Positions 17,091-25,870 of a stretch of 64,000 bases of DNA are shown here, one piece after another. The position numbers were made by a program, and so were the translations under genes. Position 1 is the stretch's first letter, and each line of letters starts with the position of its first letter. Below the pieces are notes generated by a model. That model was not told the origin of the DNA, ran no database searches, and saw nothing but the letters and a program-made list of their open reading frames with translations. Origin of the DNA: Candidatus Latescibacterota bacterium (GTDB lineage: Bacteria > Latescibacterota > UBA2968 > UBA8231); the NCBI GenBank assembly GCA_965248265.1, contig CBDFJF010000001.1, positions 224,001 to 288,000 on the forward strand, given 5' to 3'.

Positions 17091-19015
17091 CTGACAGACT
17101 TTCGCGCGTCTTCGACGAAGCGCTTGATGCGGGGGCCAAGGGCTTTGATCAAGGCCGTCAACTCGTCCTTGTTCAGCAATGGCTGTTCGAGGAATCCCGC
17201 TGGTAAGAACCCGCTGACCGTGTGTAGGGCATCCTCTTCGACGGCAGCGGCGACCGGGAAGGCTGAATCCTTGGGAAAAGGGTGCAGCACCTGGCCGAAC
17301 ACATCGGCGATGCCAACCAGGAAGGTCAGGGAATCATCAATGCTGGGCTGGTGGTGTGACAGCACCACGTTCCCCAGTTGCTCCCCCAAACCCCACTTGC
17401 GGATCAGGATTTCGCCGGTCACTGTGTGGGTCAGTCCCCCCGCCACCTCCTGTTCGGCATGCAGCATCGATGTCGCCCACTGCTGGGATCGCAGTTCATC
17501 CAACAACAATGGGAACAGGCCGGGGTAGGAGTTCACCATCACCCCTTTGCCGATGTCGTGCATGGTGCCGGCCACGAAGGCACCGGCCTGCGTTGGGTCG
17601 AGCCTCAATCGCTTGGCAAAATTGATCTGTTTGAGAAGATCCATCGTCGGGCTGTCCAGCCCGAGGGTCGCCAGTTCCGAGGTACCTCCCTCTTCGTCGT
17701 CGCCACTCTCAACCGGCAGCGATAGAACGTGCGCAGCAAAGCCTACGCTGAGATTGTGTAACCAGAACTCCTGAAGATCGAATCCCACTTCCTGAATGGA
17801 GGTAAACGTCTTGCGCATGGCTTCGCTGGCCACCAGTCCGGCCACCGTCTTCTTGCCCAGCAGGACCACAGCACGGTCGACTTCGTTCACTTCGACGGTT
17901 AGTCCCAGCGAGGCCGAGTTCGCATGCTTGAGCAAGGTCGCACTCGTCATCGGATCGAGCTTTATGACCTCTATCCATTCCTTGAGATCGCTTTTTGGAT
18001 CTCTGGACAGGGCTGAAATCTTCTCGAACACCTGCGGCAACGACGGCAGCGTCGCCATGGTCTCGACGTCCTCGACGATGCGGCCACGCACAGCCTGGGG
18101 ACTGACTGCATCGGCTTCAGCCTTCACCTTGCGCTTGGAGACACTGGTCAGATGGGCGGCGAGAAACTCTTCGAGTTTGCCGACCAGGGCGGAGCGGCGG
18201 ACGACTTTCAGACCGATTTTCTTCAGCCCCTCCCGGTGCGCCGGCGGGATCTGATTGTTGTCTTCCAGGATGAGGTAGATCGGCAGTGTGGCACCCTTGT
18301 TGATGTGCATCATCCGCGCAATAACGACCGGGTTTCCGTGGCATTTGGACGAGATCAACAGCGCCTTCAACCAGACCTTGGAGGTTTCCTTCTTCAGGAA
18401 CAGGACGATGTTGGTGGTCTGGCTTTCGACCATGTAGCCGGCATTCAGTCCAACCTGAGACTGGTTGCACTTCTGTAATCCCTGCCAACCCCTAGCCAGG
18501 TACTGGGCGACAGCGTTGTTGGGAGGTGCCATCAGCTCTTCGAGTGAGTTGATCGCTTCGCCAAACAGGATGTGTGGGCTGGTAATGTTGTCCTTGTAGG
18601 TGGAGCGCCCCTCCCACAGCTGGGTGAGTTGATCCTTGAGCACAACTCGCTGGTGGGAGCGATGAACCTCGAAGATCTTCTTCTTCAGCTGGTCCGCCTG
18701 GAATGGCTTGGCCAGAAAGCCGTTGACCCCAGCCTGCGACGCGGCCAGGATGTCTTCCTTACCCGCCTTGCCCGACACCACCACGATGGGCAGGATCTTG
18801 AACTGCTCCGCTTCCCGCACTTCGCTGACCAGCTCGATGGTCTCGGATTCCGACAATGGCAAGTCTGCGATGAGCATGTCGAAGGAGGACTCGTAGAGAG
18901 CAGTCCGGGCACGGTCGCAATCCGGCGCCACTACCGCATCCAAGCTCCACTTGCCGAGCAGCTTGACCAGCGCGTCGCCGATTTTCGGCTCTTTTTCTAT
19001 CAGCAGGATGTTCAT
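17087..19015 (-). CDS. Response regulator receiver plus HDOD domain protein
   Basis: N-terminal receiver (FLAKPF); LPSLP, DPMTSATLLKHANS, FWLHN, MHDIGK, HH. Confidence 0.9.
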   Translation of the reverse strand: MNILLIEKEPKIGDALVKLLGKWSLDAVVAPDCDRARTALYESSFDMLIADLPLSESETIELVSEVREAEQFKILPIVVVSGKAGKEDILAASQAGVNGFLAKPFQADQLKKKIFEVHRSHQRVVLKDQLTQLWEGRSTYKDNITSPHILFGEAINSLEELMAPPNNAVAQYLARGWQGLQKCNQSQVGLNAGYMVESQTTNIVLFLKKETSKVWLKALLISSKCHGNPVVIARMMHINKGATLPIYLILEDNNQIPPAHREGLKKIGLKVVRRSALVGKLEEFLAAHLTSVSKRKVKAEADAVSPQAVRGRIVEDVETMATLPSLPQVFEKISALSRDPKSDLKEWIEVIKLDPMTSATLLKHANSASLGLTVEVNEVDRAVVLLGKKTVAGLVASEAMRKTFTSIQEVGFDLQEFWLHNLSVGFAAHVLSLPVESGDDEEGGTSELATLGLDSPTMDLLKQINFAKRLRLDPTQAGAFVAGTMHDIGKGVMVNSYPGLFPLLLDELRSQQWATSMLHAEQEVAGGLTHTVTGEILIRKWGLGEQLGNVVLSHHQPSIDDSLTFLVGIADVFGQVLHPFPKDSAFPVAAAVEEDALHTVSGFLPAGFLEQPLLNKDELTALIKALGPRIKRFVEDARKSVS

Positions 19016-19052
19016 CGCGGATGTTGGCGGAATGCGGAAGTCGATTCGGGTG

Positions 19053-19862
19053 CTACGTTTCCTGTTTGCCGACAGCGCCGGTGATCAGTGCTTCCGCCCG
19101 TTTGGGGCTGACAAGATTCAAGCCGAGCAGGGCCTTGAGCTTCCAGGGGATGATCAAGTCGCGCTGCCGGTTTTGCATGGCCTTGGCGATGGCGGCACAG
19201 GCGTCTTCGACAGAGACTGACTCCTTGCTGTGCTTGCGCGACGACTCACCCAGGGCATCGCCGTCGGCGCCAAAGGCCCGTTTGCGCAAATCGGTTCCCC
19301 GCAGCCAATGGGGCAGGACGGTCAACACGTCCACGCCGCTGTCGACAAGCTCCATTCTCAGAGCCTCACAGAAGCCCTGCAGAGCATGTTTCGAGGCAAC
19401 ATACCCAGTGTGGCGGGGTACCCCGATTTTACTCTGGATGGAGGTAATCGCCACGATCATGCCCCCGCTGGCCTTTAGATGGGGCAACGCATAATAGATG
19501 CAGTTCACGGCGCCGAGGTAATTGACCTCCATCAGTTTGCGGAAGATGCCTAGATCCTCGACATCCTCGAACGAGGCCCACATGCTGATCCCGGCATTGG
19601 CTATCACATAATCGACGCGGCCGTACTGGGCCACCGTCTTGTCGATCAACCCCTTGCAGTCCATCTCATCAGTCACATCGCCGATCACGGCCTGCGCCTG
19701 ACCCCCGAGAGAACGACAGCTCTCCGCCACCTCCTTCTGCCTGTCCTCTTCCGGCGAAAACAACGTCAGGTTGGATCCAGCGGTGGCGAACTCCTGCGCC
19801 AGTGCGGCGCCGAGCCCGGATGAGGCTCCCGTGATGATGACGGATTTGCCCTCGTGACCCAT
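19053..19862 (-). CDS. Classical SDR oxidoreductase (11bHSD1/DHRS7-like)
   Basis: ITGASSGLG, NAGIS, MEVNYLG, YVASKHALQGF; start overlaps stop of upstream AGPS. Confidence 0.9.
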   Translation of the reverse strand: MGHEGKSVIITGASSGLGAALAQEFATAGSNLTLFSPEEDRQKEVAESCRSLGGQAQAVIGDVTDEMDCKGLIDKTVAQYGRVDYVIANAGISMWASFEDVEDLGIFRKLMEVNYLGAVNCIYYALPHLKASGGMIVAITSIQSKIGVPRHTGYVASKHALQGFCEALRMELVDSGVDVLTVLPHWLRGTDLRKRAFGADGDALGESSRKHSKESVSVEDACAAIAKAMQNRQRDLIIPWKLKALLGLNLVSPKRAEALITGAVGKQET

Positions 19863-21709
19863 CAGCTCGCATCCGAGTCGCCGGCGAAGACGCCGTTGCC
19901 GATACCGAATACGTTCTGCGGATCCATCGCCTTTTTCGTCTGCCGCATCACGGCGATCGCGTTCTCGGATTGCACCTGGGGCAGGAAGCCGTGCCGCAAT
20001 TTACCGACTCCGTGGTGGTGGGAAAGAGAGCCACCGTTGTCGAGGATGACCTGTCGCAGGGCACGCTCAATGTCGTGGTAAACATCGTGAGGGTGATCCA
20101 GCCCTTTGGCGGAAAACCCCAGCGTGAAGTAGATGCACACCCCGCTGTGGTAAGTCTGGGTCACCCGATACGCCAGGTACGGCATGCCGGCGATACCCGC
20201 CTCCTGCGTTCGCTTGCTGAGTTCCTCCTGCACAGCGGCAGTGACGACATGTATGCGATCCCACGGAACAGAGGTCTCGAAACTCTCTCCCATGATCTGA
20301 AACTGGTTGAAGAAATCCCGGATGTAGGCGATCCCGAAGGTGAGGGTGTAACCGCGCTTGCCGTTGCTGGCACCGGCGCTCAACGCTCCGTGTTTCTTCG
20401 CGAGTCTGAAAATCACCTCGCGTTGGTGATCGACCTCACCCTTGGTACCCTCCATCACGATCGTCGAGGCCACCATCTCGAATGGCTTGAAACGCTTGAT
20501 GTGCAGGACGACGAACTTCTGCACCTTGTCCATGATGCTCTTGAAGAACGACGGGGCCGGCTTGAGTGCCTGGCCGAAGCGAAACTCGAAATTGTTTACC
20601 AGGCGGATGCTCGCCGGCAGCCCACCTTCCTGCCGAAGGTCCCGCAGAAACTGTACTCCGACTTCGAACCGGGGGAACACCAGCGCTCCGTATTCACGAA
20701 CGTCGGGAAGTGGATGGATCTTGATTGTCGCCCTGGTGATGATACCGAAGTTGCCCTCACTGCCGAACAGGAACACCCGCGGCTGAATGCCGACCGAGTT
20801 GCGTGGTGTCGCGTGACGGGTTTCGATCTCTCCCGTCGGGGTCACCAGGGTGGCTTCGAGGACGATGTCTTCGATGTTACCGTAGCGGTTCTTCTTCATG
20901 CCGCTGGCATTGGTGGCGATCCAGCCTCCCAGGGTCGACAACTCGACGCTGTCGGGATCATGGCCGGAGGTGAAACCGTGCTTGCCGAGTGACCGCTCCA
21001 GTTCCTTGCCCGAAATCCCGGCTTCGACGCAAGCTACCTGATTGGCTTCGTCGAGAGAGACAATGTGGTTCATTCGCCGCATGTCGACGGAAACGATCGT
21101 TCGCTGCTCGGACGCGGGGAGGGTCAAGGCTCCGCTGACGTTGGTGCCGCCGCCGTAGGGCACCAGGCACATGTCGCTGTCGTTGGCCAGTTCCACCAGG
21201 CGACTCACGTCCTCGTCCCTCTGCGGATAAACCACCACATCAACCAGCCGGCGCAGCGGACCTATGTACAGGAGGCGATAGACCTCGTCAACGCTGACTT
21301 GGCCATGGCTGTGAACCAGGCGATCCTTGTCGTCGACGGAGATTTGATCCGCTGCCAGAACCTTGCCCAGGGCGGCGCGAAGTCCCTCATCCAGTTTCGA
21401 AGGAGCGATCTTCTTGTCGGCGATTTCCGGAACGACATCTTCCTGTCGAATCGGCAGCCCCAGTACTTCCTCGGCGAACGGTATGAAATTGGGCATGCTG
21501 TACCCGGAAAGCGGGTAGCGACTGCCCGTGACCTTGACGCTTCGGGGGCCGTCGAACTCGAAAACCGTGTCGGTGTACCCCCAACGGTGATTCTGCCGCT
21601 CGCCATCCGACTGGTCGTAATAGACATCCAGCGTGTCCTGATCGCCCTGCTTAGCCACCAGGAAGAGGACGACTATGACAGCCAGTGCGGCGGGAATCAA
21701 GAATTCCAT
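19862..21709 (-). CDS. Alkyldihydroxyacetonephosphate synthase (AGPS/ADPS)-like FAD protein with N-terminal TM anchor
   Basis: WGYTD, PYGGGTNV, GHDPDS..STLGGWIATNASGMKKNRYGNIED, RVTQTY..GVCIYF, GGSLSHHHGVGK. Confidence 0.85.
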   Translation of the reverse strand: MEFLIPAALAVIVVLFLVAKQGDQDTLDVYYDQSDGERQNHRWGYTDTVFEFDGPRSVKVTGSRYPLSGYSMPNFIPFAEEVLGLPIRQEDVVPEIADKKIAPSKLDEGLRAALGKVLAADQISVDDKDRLVHSHGQVSVDEVYRLLYIGPLRRLVDVVVYPQRDEDVSRLVELANDSDMCLVPYGGGTNVSGALTLPASEQRTIVSVDMRRMNHIVSLDEANQVACVEAGISGKELERSLGKHGFTSGHDPDSVELSTLGGWIATNASGMKKNRYGNIEDIVLEATLVTPTGEIETRHATPRNSVGIQPRVFLFGSEGNFGIITRATIKIHPLPDVREYGALVFPRFEVGVQFLRDLRQEGGLPASIRLVNNFEFRFGQALKPAPSFFKSIMDKVQKFVVLHIKRFKPFEMVASTIVMEGTKGEVDHQREVIFRLAKKHGALSAGASNGKRGYTLTFGIAYIRDFFNQFQIMGESFETSVPWDRIHVVTAAVQEELSKRTQEAGIAGMPYLAYRVTQTYHSGVCIYFTLGFSAKGLDHPHDVYHDIERALRQVILDNGGSLSHHHGVGKLRHGFLPQVQSENAIAVMRQTKKAMDPQNVFGIGNGVFAGDSDAS

Positions 21710-21851
21710 AAGCAAACTCTGAGCGCAACACGAGGTGAGCCAGCATTTCACGGGACCCGGGTGTACTTCTCAATAGTTTAAGGATCAGACAGAAGTACGC
21801 CAAGCGGGAATCGGTCTTTGCGGTTGTTTTTACGTCGGTTACGTCAGCTAC

Positions 21852-22625
21852 TTACAACGGCCATACACTTCCCGCCATGATCCCACCGTCGACGTAGATC
21901 ACCTCGCCGGTCACAAAATCAGAGGCCGGAGCGGCCAGAAAAACAGCGGTACCCACCATATCCTCAGGTGTACCCGGCCTCCGTGCAGGCGTTCGATCGA
22001 TGCACCATTCGCGGAAATCTGCCTGTTCCCACATGTGGGCGTTGATGTCGGTCATGATGAAACCCGGTGCCAGTGCGTTCACCTGGATATTGTGTGGCGC
22101 CAACTCAACGGCCAATCCCTTGGTCATCTGCCCAAGCGCCCCCTTGCTGGTGGCGTAGGCCGAAATCTTGGGCAGCCCCATACCGGTCGCAAGAGAGGCC
22201 ACATTGATAATCTTGCCTCCACCCCCCTCTACCATCGACCCGCGCACTTCCTTACACAGGAAGTACGGCCCCTTGCTGTTCGTGTTCATGATGAGGTCGT
22301 AGCTCGATTCTTCCACCTCCTCCAGCGGCTGGCGAACCGTGGTCGCGGCGACGTTCACAAGGATGTTGATGGGGCCCAGTCCCGCAGTAACCTGTCCGAC
22401 CGCGGCTGGGATGGCATCCATCCGGGAGACATCCAGAGGAACAGCCAACCCACGCACGCCCGTTTCCGCGATCTGCGCCACGACGGCGTCTATGTCACTC
22501 GCGGTCCGTGCCCCCACCGCCACATCCGCCCCGGCCTCGGCCAAGCCCAGAGCGATCGCCTTGCCGATGCCACGACTGCCGCCGCTCACGAACGCGGTCT
22601 TGCCGGATAGATCGAAGAGCTTCAT
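21852..22625 (-). CDS. SDR oxidoreductase (gluconate 5-DH/KduD-like)
   Basis: GGSRGIG, YATSKG, NALAPG, FVTGEVIYVDGG. Confidence 0.9.
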   Translation of the reverse strand: MKLFDLSGKTAFVSGGSRGIGKAIALGLAEAGADVAVGARTASDIDAVVAQIAETGVRGLAVPLDVSRMDAIPAAVGQVTAGLGPINILVNVAATTVRQPLEEVEESSYDLIMNTNSKGPYFLCKEVRGSMVEGGGGKIINVASLATGMGLPKISAYATSKGALGQMTKGLAVELAPHNIQVNALAPGFIMTDINAHMWEQADFREWCIDRTPARRPGTPEDMVGTAVFLAAPASDFVTGEVIYVDGGIMAGSVWPL

Positions 22626-22635
22626 ACCGTGTTTC

Positions 22636-23070
22636 CTATTCGTAAATCCCCAGGAGCTCGATTTCGAAAATCAGTACCGAACAGGGCGGGATCGTCGGGG
22701 TGTCGTCATCCCCGTACGCCAGTCGAGGCGGGATCGTCAGCTTCGCCATGCCCCCGCCCTGAAGCATCTGGAGTCCTTCGGTCCAGCCAGCGATCACCCC
22801 TGAAAGCGGGAAGGAGGAAGGGCGCCCGCGTTCAATGGAGCTGTCAAAGACGCGGCCCTCGGCGAAGCGGCCCTCGTAATGGACCTGCACCCGGTTGTGT
22901 GGTTCCGGCTTGGGACCGTACCCCTGTTTCAGTTCGAGAAACACCAGTCCTGATTCCGTGCGAATCGCTCCCTCCTCCTCCGCGGCGGCGGCCAGCACCG
23001 CCTCGTTCGCCGCGGTGGCGCAGGGATCCTCGCAAGCGACCAGGAGGTGGCCGAGCGCGATCCAAGCCAT
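22636..23070 (-). CDS. FKBP-type peptidyl-prolyl isomerase
   Basis: VHYEG, FDSS, VIAGWTEGLQ, IPPRLAYG, IPPCSVLIFEIEL. Confidence 0.92.
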   Translation of the reverse strand: MAWIALGHLLVACEDPCATAANEAVLAAAAEEEGAIRTESGLVFLELKQGYGPKPEPHNRVQVHYEGRFAEGRVFDSSIERGRPSSFPLSGVIAGWTEGLQMLQGGGMAKLTIPPRLAYGDDDTPTIPPCSVLIFEIELLGIYE

Positions 23071-23077
23071 GGCCTGG

Positions 23078-24715
23078 CTAGAACTTTGGAGCAACGGCCT
23101 CTTCCTTCACCATCACTTCGATGAGCGCGGGACGCCCCTCGTCGTTGGCAGCCATGCCGCGTTGGAAGGCGGCGACCAACTCGTCCGGCGACTCTATGCG
23201 CTCGGCGTACGCGCCCAGAGCCTCTCCCAGCTTGGCGTATTCTCCTCCAAGCTTGTTGGCGTCGTGATGCTCGGCGATGTAGGGCAGGTAGGAACTGTAT
23301 TCCGTCATCACCCCGTTGTTGAGGACGACGGTCATGATCGGAATGGATGCCCTGACAGCGGTCTCGATGTCGAGACCGGCCATGCCGAAGGCGGCATCTC
23401 CCATGACATTGACGACCGTCTTTTCCGGTGCGGCCAGCTTGGCTCCGATAGCGAGTCCCAGACCGTAACCAAGCTGGGTTGATTTTCCCCAACCGATATA
23501 ACCGCGCGGCTTGTTGCATTCCCAGAACGGGACCATCTGATTTCGCGGGTAGCCCGAATCATGGGTGATGATGGTGTTATCGACGTCCACCGCCTTGGCG
23601 AGTTCGGTGATCACTCGGTACGGATTGATGGGAATCTCATCCGAATGCAGTCGAGGGTCCCACTCCTCAAGGAACGCGCTTTTGACGCTGGCGACTTCGG
23701 CCACTACGCCAGCCGTATCGGACCGGCCCTCGGCGCTTGTCTGTCGTTTCACTTCTTCGATCATCTGTCGCAGCACGATCTTGGCATCCCCCAGGGCACC
23801 GCAGTTGATGCGATGATCCTTGCCGATCTCCTCACCGCAATTGGTCACCAGACCCAGAGTCACGCCTGGAGGAATCGGCGCTGTAAAGTTGGTCTTGGAA
23901 AACCCGGTGCCGATGCCGAGGACAAGATCGGCCTTGTTCAAGAAATGGCTGATCATAGGCGGGCCGGTGTTGCCGGCGGCACCCAGGGCCAGCGCGTGGC
24001 TTTCTGGAAAACCGCTCTTGCCGCACAGCGACGTCATCACGGGAATCTTCGTCAGCTCGGCGAACTCCACCAGCTCCTCCGTCGCCTCCGCCCACATCAC
24101 ACCGTGGCCGGCGCAGATCACTGGACAGGAGGCGGACATCAGATCCTCGACCAGGTTGCGCACATCGTCGTCGTCAGCCGCCGAGCGGTAAGTCTTGACC
24201 GGGGTGTAGGCAACGTCGGCGGCGGGATACTCCTCATTGCCTAGATCATTCGGGACTTCGAGGATTACGGGCCCCGGCCTGCCGTGGCGCAGCTGACTGA
24301 AGGCCATGTGCATGAATTCGGGGATGCGGTCTACCAGGTTGATCTCTCCCGCCCATTTGGTCACTCCCCGGTAATTCGGCGTAGACTGAAAATTCGGATG
24401 GGTCTGGGCGCGGTCGCGAGACTGCCCCCCCGGCAGCAACAGCACCGGAATCGAGTCGGCGTATGCCTGGGCGACACCACCAAAGGCATTCTCCGCTCCC
24501 GCACCGTACTGCATCACGAACACGCCGATGTTCTTCCCGTTGGTGGTTCGGCTGAAGCCGTCCGCTATGTTGACGCCGGCCCGCTCCTGACGGCAGATGA
24601 TCGGCCTGATGCCCTCCTTCGCCGCCTCGTCCAGCAGCGCGTTCATCGGGAAGGCCGCCAGCCACTCCACCCCCTCCGCCTTGAGGATCTTCGCGATTGC
24701 CCTGTTGCCATTCAC
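23078..24715 (-). CDS. Thiamine pyrophosphate-requiring enzyme (acetolactate synthase-like)
   Basis: RQER, GRPGPV, GDAAFGM...LNN TPP motif. Confidence 0.9.
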   Translation of the reverse strand: MNGNRAIAKILKAEGVEWLAAFPMNALLDEAAKEGIRPIICRQERAGVNIADGFSRTTNGKNIGVFVMQYGAGAENAFGGVAQAYADSIPVLLLPGGQSRDRAQTHPNFQSTPNYRGVTKWAGEINLVDRIPEFMHMAFSQLRHGRPGPVILEVPNDLGNEEYPAADVAYTPVKTYRSAADDDDVRNLVEDLMSASCPVICAGHGVMWAEATEELVEFAELTKIPVMTSLCGKSGFPESHALALGAAGNTGPPMISHFLNKADLVLGIGTGFSKTNFTAPIPPGVTLGLVTNCGEEIGKDHRINCGALGDAKIVLRQMIEEVKRQTSAEGRSDTAGVVAEVASVKSAFLEEWDPRLHSDEIPINPYRVITELAKAVDVDNTIITHDSGYPRNQMVPFWECNKPRGYIGWGKSTQLGYGLGLAIGAKLAAPEKTVVNVMGDAAFGMAGLDIETAVRASIPIMTVVLNNGVMTEYSSYLPYIAEHHDANKLGGEYAKLGEALGAYAERIESPDELVAAFQRGMAANDEGRPALIEVMVKEEAVAPKF

Positions 24716-24886
24716 GATGGCTCTCTCCAGCTGTTAGTGGTGATGGTCCGCATGGCAGCAGAATACTATCTCAGGGCCGCGCCCACCAGTGCTCGGCCTC
24801 TTGCCATCGGATCCCAACAGTGTGCCTTTCCCTCTGCCTGATCCAGCGAACTTGCCAAACTGGCCTGCGGACCTAGTTTTTGTGGT

Positions 24887-25870
24887 ATGCCAGACAATCC
24901 AGTCATATCCGCCGACCAACTGCGTCAATTCGAGCAGGAAGGTTATCTGCTCGTCAAAGGCCTGTTGGATCCGGCAGAGGATCTCGAACCGGTAATCGCC
25001 GAATACGCCGAAGTCCTCGATCAGCTGGCTGGAGAACTGTTCGCGGACGGCGTTATCAGTTCGACCTACGGCGACCTGCCCTTCGGCGAACGTCTGATCG
25101 CGGTGGTCAGCGACAGCGGCCAGGTCCATCAGCAGTATTTTGATTTCTCTCTGCCGCAGAACGGGGTCGAGGCTGATACCCCGTTCTGGGCTGGTCCCGC
25201 TGTCTTCCGTATGCTGCGGAACGAACGGTTGCTGGATGCCGCCGAGTGCTTCGTCGGTCCCGAGATTTACTCCAACCCGGTTCAACACGTGCGGCTCAAG
25301 TCACCCGAGCACGTCAACCCGGTCAACGAAGCTACCGGAACGGTAAAGGATGGCGTAACCCCGTGGCATCAGGATACGGGTGTGGTGTTGCCTGAAGCTG
25401 ATGAGACGAACATGCTGACGGTGTGGTTTCCACTGACCGATGCGACACTCCATCACGGCTGCCTGCAAATCGTCCCGGGCAGCCACCACGGGGGTTTGGT
25501 GCGGCACTGTCCCGGGAGGCCCCATGGTCTCGAAATCCCAGAGAACGTCCACGACAGGGCGGGGGCCATCCCGATGCCGATGGAGCGTGGCGACGTCCTC
25601 TTCCTGACCCGTCTCACCATTCATTCATCACTGCCGAATATCAGCGACGAGGTGCGCTGGAGCTTCGATCTGCGCTACCACCCGATCGGACAACCCACCG
25701 GCCGCAGCATGTTCCCCGGCTTCATTGCGCGCAGCCGATCGAATCCCGCAAGCGAACTGCATGACGCGGTGGAATGGGAGCGCATGTGGCGCGACGCCAG
25801 AGACCACCTCGCCCAGATCGACAAAACCCCGTTCAACCGCTGGGCTGCCGGTCACCCAGCCTGCGCCTGA
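24887..25870 (+). CDS. Phytanoyl-CoA dioxygenase (PhyH) family 2OG-Fe(II) protein
   Basis: TPWHQD, GCLQIVPGSH, H-SLPN, RWSFDLRY. Confidence 0.9.
   Translation: MPDNPVISADQLRQFEQEGYLLVKGLLDPAEDLEPVIAEYAEVLDQLAGELFADGVISSTYGDLPFGERLIAVVSDSGQVHQQYFDFSLPQNGVEADTPFWAGPAVFRMLRNERLLDAAECFVGPEIYSNPVQHVRLKSPEHVNPVNEATGTVKDGVTPWHQDTGVVLPEADETNMLTVWFPLTDATLHHGCLQIVPGSHHGGLVRHCPGRPHGLEIPENVHDRAGAIPMPMERGDVLFLTRLTIHSSLPNISDEVRWSFDLRYHPIGQPTGRSMFPGFIARSRSNPASELHDAVEWERMWRDARDHLAQIDKTPFNRWAAGHPACA

Noticed and set aside
19970-20992. 340-aa plus-strand ORF and similar long antisense ORFs
   Set aside because: Fully antisense to well-supported genes, with no motifs
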